This document shows, in pieces, positions 38,421 through 47,758 of a stretch of DNA of 57,368 nt (its first letter is position 1; each line of letters opens with the position of its first letter). The DNA lies in IMG/VR virus record IMGVR_UViG_3300044993_000663, positions 1 through 57,368 of that record; one strand, written 5' to 3'. This DNA is from a virus (Duplodnaviria; Caudoviricetes). The position numbers were made by a program, and so were the translations under genes. The notes under the pieces were generated by a model that saw only the letters and a list, made by a program, of their open reading frames with translations, had not been told where the DNA came from and did not search any database.

Positions 38421-39007
38421 ACCCACTCCTGCGCCGGATCCTTATGGCGTTAGTGCCTCTGCTCGTGCTGGCGCTGAGCGTCGGGTGTGCCTCGAACAAG
38501 CGGTCGGGCGCGTATTCGCCTATGACAGAGGAAGGACGCGATTCAGCTGCCTCTCAGCGCCTGGCGCAGGAGGCGGTCAAGATCGTGGCGACCGACCCGG
38601 CCCGGGCCGAGGCACTGCTCCGCGAGGCCCTGAACGCCGACCTCTACAACGGGCCGGCGCACAACAACCTCGGGGCGCTGTACCTCTCGCAGGGCAAGCT
38701 CTACGAGGCGGCCGGAGAGTTCGAGTGGGCGCGCAAGCTGATGCCCGGCCACCCCGACCCACGCTTGAACCTCGCGCTGGTGCTCGAGCGGGCCGGGCGC
38801 ACGGACGAGGCGCTTGCCACCTATGCCACGGCGCTGGAGGTGTACCCCGAGCACATCCCCACGATGCAGGCGCTCACGCGGCTGCAGCTCCGCGCTGGCC
38901 GAACTGACGACCGCACCGCGAAGATGCTCGACGAGGTGGCCCTGCGGGGCGAGACGCCCGCGTGGCGCGACTGGGCAAAGTTCCAGAGGGCACGGATCAT
39001 TCCGTAG
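38417..39007 (+). CDS. TPR lipoprotein (PilF/pilotin-like)
   Basis: Lipobox SVGC, TPRs AHNNLGALY and PRLNLALVL; TTG start with AGGAG RBS. Confidence 0.75.
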   Translation: MNPLLRRILMALVPLLVLALSVGCASNKRSGAYSPMTEEGRDSAASQRLAQEAVKIVATDPARAEALLREALNADLYNGPAHNNLGALYLSQGKLYEAAGEFEWARKLMPGHPDPRLNLALVLERAGRTDEALATYATALEVYPEHIPTMQALTRLQLRAGRTDDRTAKMLDEVALRGETPAWRDWAKFQRARIIP

Positions 39008-39011
39008 GGGA

Positions 39012-40289
39012 TCAGATCGAGTACGTGCCCGTCCCCCCGCCGCTGGACTGGCTGCTGGAGCCGCTGCCGCTGCCGGAGCCGGAGGAGGAACTCGACGTCA
39101 TCGACGACCCGCTGGACTTGCTGGCCGAGCCGGAGGACGACGAGCCGCTGCTGCTGGAAGAGCCGCTGCCGGAACTGGAGCCCGAGCCGCTGGAGCTTGA
39201 GCCCGAGCTGGTCGAGTGGGCGGTCGCGGGCATGTCGTTGTGGACCCAGACGCCCTCGGCGGAGAACGTGTTCGTGCCGGGGATGTGGATGGCCACGGTG
39301 CGGGTCGGCGCATCGATGCGCTCGACGGTCTCGACGAGTTCCTCAGCAAGTCGCTCGCCGATCAGGTAGTCGCCCTTCTTGAGGAACTCGGCGGACGAGA
39401 AGCCCCATTCGTCGCCGCGGCGCATGAGGAACGGGTGCTCGGGCGTCGCCTTGATGCGCCGATTGATCACCACGAACCCTGTGTGCTCGCCGAGTTTCAC
39501 GCTGGCGACGCGGCCAACGGTCGGGATCGTGCCGCGCAGGCCGTGGTGCGAAAGCCACTGATATTGCGCGCGGTAGGGCACATCGACCTCGAGTCCGGGG
39601 ATCTTAATGGTGGCGACGCGGTCGCCGGGCGTGAGGTTCTCGATCGTGGTGACGCGGCCGTCGGCCAGACGGACGAGCGTGCCAAAGAGCAGGCAGTTCG
39701 AACCCCCGCCACCACCACCTCCGCCTCCGCCGCCGCCCCCACCCCCGCCACCACCACCACCTCCTCCGCCGCCCCCTCCGCCTCCGCCGCCACCCGATCC
39801 GCCGCCGCCCGAACCACCGCCGCCGGAGCCGCCGGAGCCGCCCCCGCCCGAGCCGCCTCCGCCTGACCCGCCACCGCCGGAGGACCCACCGCCCCCGCCG
39901 GAGGAGCCGCCCCCACCGGAGGATGCTCCGGAAGAACCGCCGCTCATCCCGCTCGTGCCACCGCCGCCGGAGGATCCCCCCGAACTCCCGCTCCCGCCGC
40001 TGGACGCGCCGCTGCTGCCCGCGCCGGTACTCCCCGATGCGCCGCTCGACGCGCCGCTGCTGGCCCCGCTGCTCACGCCGCTCGAAGCACCGGAGGAGCC
40101 GCTCGACGAACCCGAGCCGCTGCTGGATGACCCGCTCGATGATCCTGACGAACTGCTACCGCTCGACGAGGACGAGCCCGACGACGAACTCTCCGAACTG
40201 CCGGACGAGCCGGAGCCCGAGCCGCCGGGGCCGCCGGTGGAGGCCCACACGGGGATGTAGAGGAAGTACCGGCGTGGCTCGTCGCTCAT
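39012..40289 (-). CDS. Ser/Gly low-complexity protein with embedded Hint domain
   Basis: About 180 aa Ser/Gly including poly-Gly, then CLLFGTLVRLADG...ATPEHPF...WVHND, then Ser/Gly tail. Confidence 0.85.
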   Translation of the reverse strand: MSDEPRRYFLYIPVWASTGGPGGSGSGSSGSSESSSSGSSSSSGSSSSGSSSGSSSSGSGSSSGSSGASSGVSSGASSGASSGASGSTGAGSSGASSGGSGSSGGSSGGGGTSGMSGGSSGASSGGGGSSGGGGGSSGGGGSGGGGSGGGGSGGSGGGGSGGGGSGGGGGGGGGGGGGGGGGGGGGGGGGGGGGGGSNCLLFGTLVRLADGRVTTIENLTPGDRVATIKIPGLEVDVPYRAQYQWLSHHGLRGTIPTVGRVASVKLGEHTGFVVINRRIKATPEHPFLMRRGDEWGFSSAEFLKKGDYLIGERLAEELVETVERIDAPTRTVAIHIPGTNTFSAEGVWVHNDMPATAHSTSSGSSSSGSGSSSGSGSSSSSGSSSSGSASKSSGSSMTSSSSSGSGSGSGSSSQSSGGGTGTYSI

Positions 40290-40339
40290 GACCAATGTCT
40301 CCGGGGACTTGAAACTCGTCTGTCCGATATACTCACGGC

Positions 40340-41038
40340 ATGGGCCTTGACGGCGTCGAGTTGGTGATGGAGGTTGAAGACCGGTTCCGGGTCAATCTGC
40401 CCGATGCTGAGTGTGGCAGCGTTCGCACCGTCGCCGATCTCGCGGCGCTGGTCATTTCGCGGCTTCCGCGCTCGACTGGTGTTTGCCCAACAGCACGGTC
40501 GTTCTTCAGCCTTCGAAAGGCGATCGTTCGAGACTGCGGTATCGAACGCCGCTCGCTGAAGCCCGGCACTCCCTTGGACGCAGCGTTTCCTCGTCCGCAT
40601 CGCAGAAGTCGATGGAAGCGAGTGGCCAAGCTGGAGCCGCTCATGCCGCGGCTTGCTCCCACCGAGACCGCACGGAGGAGTTTCGCGGCGATCGGGTGGT
40701 TGCTGCTCCTGCTTTGGGTTGCCTCTCTTGTTCTCGTGGTCCTGGAGTTGGGAATGACGGGCGGCATGGTGCTCGGAGGCATCCTTGCGCTCGGTGCAGT
40801 CGCGTTCGTCCGAGCGAAGGATTTCATTGCCACCGAGTTTCCTGCAGAATGCACCACTCTCGGAGACCTGGCGCGAGCCATCTCGCCCCAAACGCTCCCG
40901 CTGGGCGCAGGCGATCGATTGCTGGCAGAGCAGCGAGTCCTTGAACAAGTTCGGACTATCACCGCGGAACAACTCGGGCTTCGTCCTGAGCAGGTCAAAC
41001 CCGAATCCCGCTTCGTTGATGATCTTGGGATGGGCTGA
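40340..41038 (+). CDS. Membrane protein with split/permuted acyl-carrier-like segments
   Basis: N-terminus MGLDGVELVMEVEDRF, two TM helices, C-terminus VRTITAEQLG...SRFVDDLG. Confidence 0.75.
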   Translation: MGLDGVELVMEVEDRFRVNLPDAECGSVRTVADLAALVISRLPRSTGVCPTARSFFSLRKAIVRDCGIERRSLKPGTPLDAAFPRPHRRSRWKRVAKLEPLMPRLAPTETARRSFAAIGWLLLLLWVASLVLVVLELGMTGGMVLGGILALGAVAFVRAKDFIATEFPAECTTLGDLARAISPQTLPLGAGDRLLAEQRVLEQVRTITAEQLGLRPEQVKPESRFVDDLGMG

Positions 41039-41070
41039 TGATCCCTGGCCAGTGGCGCAGCATCGTCGAT

Positions 41071-41991
41071 TCATCGTGTGCCTCCCTCCGGATCGACTGT
41101 TCTCCGACCTGACGGCCACTCGTACCACCCGGCGGTGCTGATGGGTTTCGAGCACTCGGCGGCCGCATCGCTCACGGCCTGCTCGAAGGGCACGAACTCG
41201 AACGCCTTCAGGGCGCACGCCTCGGGGTCGGGCGCACAGTTCAGCACGCGGAAGCGGTGCTGCTCGAAGTGCGGCCGCAGGGCCTCGAAGCGCTTCTGAA
41301 GACTCTCGTACAGGATGTTGTTGTGGCGGATCGCGTCCTTGCTGCGGTGCTCGTCGAAGGCGTAGCGCCGGTCGCGGGCCATCTTGAAGTCGCACCCGAG
41401 GAGGTACACCGTGCGGAAGCCCAGGTAGTGCAGCAGGTGCAGCGCGGCGAGCATCACGCTCCGCTTGCCCTTGATGCCGAGCGAGTCGGTGTGCTCGCCG
41501 TCCTGGCCCCAGTTGATGGCGTCGCTCTTGAGGAATCGGCTGTGATCGAAGTGGTCGCTGCGGCGGTAGAAGAGCACGCCCGGCATCTGCCGCACCTTGA
41601 ACGCGCTGGCGCGGAACGAGCCGTCGGGGTTCTGGACCCGCAGACGCTTGTCGAAGTGCGAGACAGGCACGATCTTCAGGATGCCGGGGTCCTTCCAGCC
41701 GGTGTCGATGAAGCGCCCTGGGTCGTCCACGCACGTCCACAGCGTGGGGCGATGCACGGCCCAGGCGTTGTTGACGGCCATCGTCACGATGCCGCGCCGG
41801 TTGAGTTGGGCCAGGTCGAGCGCCGACAGCGACGGCCCCGAGAGGATCAGGAACGCCGACCGTCCGCGGTAGAAGTCGCACAGGGACACCGAGTCGAAGT
41901 CGGCGGTGTATAGGCGCACGCCACTCCGCGCGGGCCTGCGCTGCTTGAGTCCCGCCTGCAACGCCGCGATGTCGCCACCATTCTCACGCAT
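41071..41991 (-). CDS. DUF115/MAF-type glycosyltransferase-like protein
   Basis: AFLILSGPSL...MAVNNA...LHYLGFRTVYLLGCDF...VLNC motifs. Confidence 0.65.
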   Translation of the reverse strand: MRENGGDIAALQAGLKQRRPARSGVRLYTADFDSVSLCDFYRGRSAFLILSGPSLSALDLAQLNRRGIVTMAVNNAWAVHRPTLWTCVDDPGRFIDTGWKDPGILKIVPVSHFDKRLRVQNPDGSFRASAFKVRQMPGVLFYRRSDHFDHSRFLKSDAINWGQDGEHTDSLGIKGKRSVMLAALHLLHYLGFRTVYLLGCDFKMARDRRYAFDEHRSKDAIRHNNILYESLQKRFEALRPHFEQHRFRVLNCAPDPEACALKAFEFVPFEQAVSDAAAECSKPISTAGWYEWPSGRRTVDPEGGTR

Positions 41992-42565
41992 CCTTGAACA
42001 CCCCCGCGATGTACCCCCCACGAGGCGCGCCCAGCCCCCGGCGCACCGTGCCGACGCGGCCGATCCGGTCGAGCCACCACTTCAGCGGCCGCACCGTCGG
42101 GTGCAGGCCCTCGCCATCCACCTTGGTCTTGCTCTCCCGCGTGCAGGTCGACAGCACGAAACCCCCGCCCGGCACGGCGATCCGCCGCATCTCTTCGAGC
42201 ACCTCGTCCACCTCTTCGGGGAGCAGGTGTTCGAGGGCATCGAACGAGGTCACCACGTCGGCGATGCCCGCGGAGACGGGCACTCGGTGCATGGGCGCCA
42301 CGATGTCCGCCTCGGGGAAGGCGAAGTCGATGCCCAGGCCGTCGATCCCCAACCGCCGCAGGTGCTGTATAAAGAGGTTTCGTCCGCAGCCGAAGTCCAC
42401 GACGAACCGGGGCTTGAATCCCTGGACGAGCCGGTACGCGAAGCGCCCGTGATTGGTCGAGCCGTAGGTGCCCCCGGCGTGCTCGGCAAGCGCGAGGTAC
42501 TTCCGCCGCTCGTGCTCGCGCCGGGCTTCGAGGTCCACGGGGATGGAGACGTTCGCGTCAGACAT
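41984..42565 (-). CDS. Class I SAM-dependent methyltransferase
   Basis: VVDFGCGRN, GIDFA, DVVTSFDALEHL. Confidence 0.88.
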   Translation of the reverse strand: MSDANVSIPVDLEARREHERRKYLALAEHAGGTYGSTNHGRFAYRLVQGFKPRFVVDFGCGRNLFIQHLRRLGIDGLGIDFAFPEADIVAPMHRVPVSAGIADVVTSFDALEHLLPEEVDEVLEEMRRIAVPGGGFVLSTCTRESKTKVDGEGLHPTVRPLKWWLDRIGRVGTVRRGLGAPRGGYIAGVFKDA

Positions 42566-43592
42566 AGAGCCACACCGGGACGTCGAACTCGACCAGTTCC
42601 ATTCCGTTGAGGGCCTGGAACGCCCAGACCGTCCCGCCTCGCGTGTCGCGCTCGGCCACCATCTCGACCGCAACGCCCTTGAGGATGGGGCGCAGCATCG
42701 GCACCGCCGCCTTGCGGGGGCAGTAGCCCGCGGGGTCCAGCGGCTCGAGTTGCCCGGGGACGAACAGCGACCGCAGGCCGCCGAAGCCGTCGGTGCCGTC
42801 GGGCTCCTCCTCGGAAACGTCGCTGTGATGGCTCTCGAACCTGTTGACCGCCCAGTGCGCTGGGTTCTCCTCGCCGCCCGCGCCCTTGGACGACAGACCT
42901 TCCTCCAGCGCGATGTACCGCCCGAAGGTATCGCTGCCGGGGTCGCCGTCGATGGCGGCCTCGATCCACGGGTAGCGCCAGCGGAAGCGCTCGCCCTCGA
43001 TCTCGCGGGCCTCGCCGAGAATGGCGACGATGCGACCCCCACGCGGGCGGCCCACCTCGACCAGCGCCCACTTCTCGCCGACACCTTCCTCCTTCCAGAG
43101 GATGGCGGCGCTGCCGGAGCCGGCGGACGTGAGCACGGTCTCATCGGGGGCGACCTCGGCGAATGCGTGCTCCTCGTCCTCGATGAGCACCCGCGCGGGC
43201 GTGACGCCGTGGACCACGCACAGGCCGACCTCGCCCTGCGGGATCGGCTCGCGCGCGATGGCGAACGAGCCCGGGCGCGTGGCGTCGGTGGGCGTGATGC
43301 CTTTGAAGGCCAGGCGGTTCTGGAAGGACTTTTCCGGGCCGTCGTCGTCGGGGAGGAACAGAGGGCCGTCGATGGCCAGGGCGTGGTAGCGCTCCAGATT
43401 CGCGCCGCTGTCGTTGCGCACGGCGACGACGCCCCCGCCGATGAAGGAGCGCCCGCCGTCCCAGAGTTCCCCGGCGCGGCGGTCCTGCTGGCGGCGGCGC
43501 GCGTCGAGCGCCGCATCGACGAAGGCGTTGTACGCCCGCGCGGGGATGCGGAGCGGATCGCCGGGCCGGACTTTGCGGAGTTCGTCACCCAT
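42558..43592 (-). CDS. Putative distal tail/virion protein
   Basis: 344 aa from MGDELRKVRPGDPL; position downstream of tape measure. Confidence 0.6.
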   Translation of the reverse strand: MGDELRKVRPGDPLRIPARAYNAFVDAALDARRRQQDRRAGELWDGGRSFIGGGVVAVRNDSGANLERYHALAIDGPLFLPDDDGPEKSFQNRLAFKGITPTDATRPGSFAIAREPIPQGEVGLCVVHGVTPARVLIEDEEHAFAEVAPDETVLTSAGSGSAAILWKEEGVGEKWALVEVGRPRGGRIVAILGEAREIEGERFRWRYPWIEAAIDGDPGSDTFGRYIALEEGLSSKGAGGEENPAHWAVNRFESHHSDVSEEEPDGTDGFGGLRSLFVPGQLEPLDPAGYCPRKAAVPMLRPILKGVAVEMVAERDTRGGTVWAFQALNGMELVEFDVPVWLYV

Positions 43593-43641
43593 AAATGATC
43601 TCCACAACCTCGCTCGACCACAACGTCGTACACTTCACGCC

Positions 43642-44178
43642 ATGCAGCCCGCCCGAGCATTCGACGTATTCATCTCGTACAGCACCGATGATCTCGAGTA
43701 CGCCCGCTTGGTTCGACGTGCAGTCGAGAACCTCGGATTCCGCGCCTTTCTGGCCGAGACGAGCCTTGCTGCTGGGGAACGATTGCAGGTAATCCGGAAC
43801 CACTTGCAGCGCTCGAAACTGCTGGTCTTGCTTTGGAGCGAAAGTGCGAGCAAGTCCGAGTGGGTGCGTGATGAAGTTGGTGCTGCGTGGGGTGCCAACG
43901 TGCCTGTCATTCCAGTACTTCTGACCTCGGGCTTGGAGTTGCCGCCATCGCTTCGCACCTCCGGCGTGAAGTACCAGAATGCTGTCAGCAAGGACAGCGC
44001 AAGCCTCCTCGACGTGCAGTCCGCTGTTATTGCCTGGTGGCAGGACGTGCTTGCGAGGCATGCGGCACACCGCGCTGCACTCGAAGAGCAGCGCCGACAA
44101 CAGCAAGCGGAGTCGACCAAGGCGGTGCTCGGCATCGCCGCAGCTGGTGCGGTTCTCTACGCCTTGTCGAAGTCCTGA
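43642..44178 (+). CDS. TIR-domain protein with C-terminal hydrophobic anchor (moron-like)
   Basis: FDVFISYS, LLWSESASKSEWVRDEVGAA, VIPVLL; C-terminal VLGIAAAGAVLYAL. Confidence 0.88.
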   Translation: MQPARAFDVFISYSTDDLEYARLVRRAVENLGFRAFLAETSLAAGERLQVIRNHLQRSKLLVLLWSESASKSEWVRDEVGAAWGANVPVIPVLLTSGLELPPSLRTSGVKYQNAVSKDSASLLDVQSAVIAWWQDVLARHAAHRAALEEQRRQQQAESTKAVLGIAAAGAVLYALSKS

Positions 44179-44183
44179 CATCA

Positions 44184-45008
44184 TTATCCAAGCCCCAATG
44201 CCGCGAAACTCCCGCTCTCGTACACGCGCTCGACGTAGGCCGCGACGGGGCGCTTCACGAGCGCCTTGGCGGCGGTGTCCTCCTGGTCGCTGTACCGCAC
44301 CCACAGGTACTCCCACCCCTTCTTTGTGATGCCCCCGATCGGACCGATCGAAAGGCCCGAGACGTTGGGGCTGGCGGCGAAGCGGTAGGTGATCTCCCAA
44401 TCGGCCTCGTCGCCGCTGCCGCGCTTCGCGCCGCTCGCGCCCAGGAAGAGCACCTCGCCGGGGGCGAAGCCACGGAAGCCGTCGCCGTTGACCTTGCCGG
44501 TCAGGTTGAATAGCACGCCCTTGTACGCGCCGGTGATCTGGGCGTCGGGCTTGTAGTGCGTCTCGGCGAAGTGGTAGACGGGGACGGTGATGTCGATCCC
44601 CTCGACGCCGTCGGCGCTGACGCCGATCGCGCCCTGGAAGTCCGGCGCGACCATCCCCGGCGCGGGGACGCGCTGCACGGTGGTCAGCGACTGCGTGATG
44701 TGCTGCGTGCCCCCGCCGGTGTCGAACTGGAAGGTGGACTCGCCGGTGGGCGGCCCGCCACCGCCGCCGCTCGTGGGGGCGTAGCGGGCCAGGCCGTCCC
44801 ACAGGCCCGGGCCGAGGGGCTCGATCTGCACGCTCTGCCGCGGCAGGGTGGCGTAGGTGGCGGGTGCCTCGGCCTCGAGCGCATCCCGCGCGGCGATGTC
44901 GTTGTCCGTGCCCAGGACGATGTACGCGAGCTCCGCCGAGGAGTTGCTCCCGGTGACGCTCTTGACGAGCCTGCGTGACTCGAACTTCTCTCGCACCTCG
45001 ATGGGCAT
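44184..45008 (-). CDS. Putative tail protein following tape measure
   Basis: 274-aa beta-rich ORF immediately after the tape measure gene. Confidence 0.65.
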   Translation of the reverse strand: MPIEVREKFESRRLVKSVTGSNSSAELAYIVLGTDNDIAARDALEAEAPATYATLPRQSVQIEPLGPGLWDGLARYAPTSGGGGGPPTGESTFQFDTGGGTQHITQSLTTVQRVPAPGMVAPDFQGAIGVSADGVEGIDITVPVYHFAETHYKPDAQITGAYKGVLFNLTGKVNGDGFRGFAPGEVLFLGASGAKRGSGDEADWEITYRFAASPNVSGLSIGPIGGITKKGWEYLWVRYSDQEDTAAKALVKRPVAAYVERVYESGSFAALGLG

Positions 45009-45020
45009 CCGTCACTCCGA

Positions 45021-47015
45021 TCAGCCGAACGTCAATCCGCCCGTCCCCGCCGCGTCGGCCAGGCGCTTGGTGTGCCTCGCCGTCTGCTCCGTCGCGCGTG
45101 CGGTGCGCTCGGCGGCGTCGCTGCCCGCGGCGAGTCCCTGCGCGGCCTTGGCGTTGAACGTGCCGCGCACGCTGATCCCCTTGGCGAGCAGGTCACCCAG
45201 GCCCGCGATCCGCTCGTCGAACTCGACCATCAGGTCGCGTGGCGAACGCGACGGCCCGCGTTCGACGTCCGCCGCCTCGCGCTTGCGCCGTGCATCTTCG
45301 ATCGCGGCGGCCAGGCGCTCCTTCGCGGCGTCGAGGGCCGCGCGCGACTCGGCGAGCCCAGCCTCCGTGTCCTTGCGGAGGGCGTCCTGCGCGTTCTCGA
45401 AGTCCTGCCCGATCGCGGCGAGGGTCGCCTCGTGGATGGCGGCCGCCTGCTCGCGCTCGGCCGCCCGGCGGCGCTCCCGCGCGGCCACGTCGCGCTGGGC
45501 GGCGTCCTCCAGTTCGACGAGCCGCGACTCGAGTTGCTGGTCCACCGCTTTCTTCGCGGCGTCCACGTCGAGCCCGGAACCGAACAGCCTCTGGATCTCC
45601 AGCATGCGCTTGGCGACCCACGACGACGCAGACTCCCAGATCTGCTGGAAGCCGGTGGTGAAGTTCGTCCAGGTCTTGCTGAGGAACGCCGTCGTCTCGA
45701 TCCACGCGACCCCGATCGCGTGGAAGCCGATCTCGGCAGCAGCCAGCGCCCCGTACCACATGGACTGCGCCGTGCCGACGAAGAACTGCTTGGCCTCAAG
45801 CCAGACCTTGTTGAGCGCCGCGACGCCCTGCTGCCAGGCGACCTTCAGACTCAGCCACAGGATCTCGGCGGCGAGCGCGATGTCGCCCGCCGCGAGCGCA
45901 TCGGAGATGCCGCCGATGACCTTGGTCGCCCAGTCGCGCAGGCGCGTGAACTGCTCCCCGAGCCACTCAAGGGCAACACCGCCCGCGCCGCTGGTGACCA
46001 GGAGCGCCGCGCCAAGGCCGACGACGGCGGCGATGACCAGGCCGATGGGGCTGAGGAGCGCACCCAAGGCCGCGCCGACCAGCCCGAACGCCGCCCCGAT
46101 GCCGGAGACGACGCTGGCCAGCACGCCCATCGCCGCGCCGATGCCGGTGATCGCCACGCCCAGGCCGATGAGGGCGGCTCCGACGACGACCACGCCCGCC
46201 GCGACCTTGAGCGCCCACACCACCATGTCCTTGTTCCGCTTGATCCAGTCGGTGGCGGCGACGATCACGCGGGTGATCCGCAGCGACAGGTCCTTGATCG
46301 TGGGCGCGAGCGCCCCGCCGATGGCGAAGACGCCCTGCTTCACGACCCGCCAGAGGATGTTCAGCGTGTCGTTGAGTTCCGCGGCGTCCCTGGCCGTCTG
46401 CGTGCTCACCGTCAGGCCGAGACTGCGGGCCTGGGCTTGGAGTTCCTCGATCCCCGTCGCGCCCGACGAGAGCAGCGGGAGCAGTTTCGTGCCGGCGCGT
46501 CCGAAGATCTCCATCGCCAGCGCCGTGCGCAGGGCCGGGTCGGTGACCTGCGCCAGACGGTCGGCCAGGCGCTTGAACTGCTGATCGGGCGAGAGGCCCG
46601 CGAGGTCCTCAACCGAGAGTCCGAGCAGCGAGAGAGCCTGCTGCGCCGAGGCCGAGCCCTTGGCCGCGTCCACGAGCGAACGCTGCATGAACTTCAGGCC
46701 GTTCTCCAGCGTCTCCAGGTCCGCCCCCGACTGCTCCGCGGCGAAGCCCAGTTCGCTCAGGGCCTCGGCGCTGACGCCCGTTCGCAGACTCATCTTGTCG
46801 AGCGTGTCGCCCATGCTGGAGAACACCTTCACGCTGCCCAGCAGCGCCGTCACCGCCGCCGCGCCGACCCCCGCCAGGCGCGTGCCGGCGCTGCGCAGGC
46901 CTTGGCCGAAGGCCTCCAGGCGCTTCTGGGCGCGGCGGAGCCCGGCGCTGAGCTTGTCGCTGACGCCCAGTTCCACGAACGCCCGTCCGGCCCGGATGCC
47001 CCGCGTGTCGGCCAC
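45021..47015 (-). CDS. Tail tape measure protein
   Basis: IRAGRAFVEL start, Ala/Gly-rich helices, AMEIFGRAGTKLLPLL, hydrophobic middle. Confidence 0.88.
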   Translation of the reverse strand: MADTRGIRAGRAFVELGVSDKLSAGLRRAQKRLEAFGQGLRSAGTRLAGVGAAAVTALLGSVKVFSSMGDTLDKMSLRTGVSAEALSELGFAAEQSGADLETLENGLKFMQRSLVDAAKGSASAQQALSLLGLSVEDLAGLSPDQQFKRLADRLAQVTDPALRTALAMEIFGRAGTKLLPLLSSGATGIEELQAQARSLGLTVSTQTARDAAELNDTLNILWRVVKQGVFAIGGALAPTIKDLSLRITRVIVAATDWIKRNKDMVVWALKVAAGVVVVGAALIGLGVAITGIGAAMGVLASVVSGIGAAFGLVGAALGALLSPIGLVIAAVVGLGAALLVTSGAGGVALEWLGEQFTRLRDWATKVIGGISDALAAGDIALAAEILWLSLKVAWQQGVAALNKVWLEAKQFFVGTAQSMWYGALAAAEIGFHAIGVAWIETTAFLSKTWTNFTTGFQQIWESASSWVAKRMLEIQRLFGSGLDVDAAKKAVDQQLESRLVELEDAAQRDVAARERRRAAEREQAAAIHEATLAAIGQDFENAQDALRKDTEAGLAESRAALDAAKERLAAAIEDARRKREAADVERGPSRSPRDLMVEFDERIAGLGDLLAKGISVRGTFNAKAAQGLAAGSDAAERTARATEQTARHTKRLADAAGTGGLTFG

Positions 47016-47018
47016 CGA

Positions 47019-47459
47019 TCAACCTCCCTTCCGGATCGAGTTCCGCCAGAGCAGCGGCAACTTCGGCCGCTCCTTCTCCAGCGCCGGGGCCATGAACGGC
47101 CGCGCGGCGATCTTGACCTTCCGCGACACGAGCCGCCCCCGCCGCCGCTGATGTACCACGGTCTCACCGCCGTGCTCGAGCGCCCTGGGCGCGGTGCTCT
47201 TGGCGAACCCGACGGGGCCGACCACAACGGAGTCACTGGATCGGTCGTACCCGAACAGGATCAACTTCCGCAGGCTCCCCTCATGCGAGTGCGGCGGCTT
47301 GCCCGGCGGGGCGGTGCCCTTGCGCTTGCGGATGCTGGTCCTGGCCGCCGTGCGGATGAACGCCCCGGCCTGACTGAGCACCTTGCGCTTGGCCGAGTCC
47401 ATCGCCCGCATCACGACGTGCCGGTCGAAGAACATGTCCTTGATGCGCATGGTGATCAC
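47019..47459 (-). CDS. HK97 gp10-like neck/tail completion protein
   Basis: Basic protein with APPGKPPHS...LEHGG...IAARPFMAPALE. Confidence 0.65.
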   Translation of the reverse strand: MITMRIKDMFFDRHVVMRAMDSAKRKVLSQAGAFIRTAARTSIRKRKGTAPPGKPPHSHEGSLRKLILFGYDRSSDSVVVGPVGFAKSTAPRALEHGGETVVHQRRRGRLVSRKVKIAARPFMAPALEKERPKLPLLWRNSIRKGG

Positions 47460-47728
47460 GTCCCCGACCCCAACGGGGAGCCACCGAAGAGCCGTTCCAG
47501 CAGCCCCAGGAGCGTGCGCCGCTTCGCCGGCGGGATGTCCTCGCGGTTCTTCTGCGCCCGGTGCGCGGCCCGGCGCAGTTCGGTGGGCGTGAAGAGCAGG
47601 TCAAGTTCCGCACGCCGCCCGCCACAGACCACCTCGCCGCGCGTGGCGAAATAGTCCGGGCTGGCGGCGGGGTGCTGGTACGGCGGCTTGTTGGGGACGC
47701 GGATGAAGCGTCCGGCGACGATCTTCAT
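47456..47728 (-). CDS. Hypothetical phage protein
   Basis: AAGGAGG RBS, 4-bp overlap with downstream gene. Confidence 0.55.
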   Translation of the reverse strand: MKIVAGRFIRVPNKPPYQHPAASPDYFATRGEVVCGGRRAELDLLFTPTELRRAAHRAQKNREDIPPAKRRTLLGLLERLFGGSPLGSGT

Positions 47729-47758
47729 GTGACAGCCTCCTTGCATGTGTGGTGCGGA

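Noticed and set aside
39607-40260. Poly-proline ORF on the plus strand
   Set aside because: Reverse complement of the Gly/Ser codons of the Hint-containing gene
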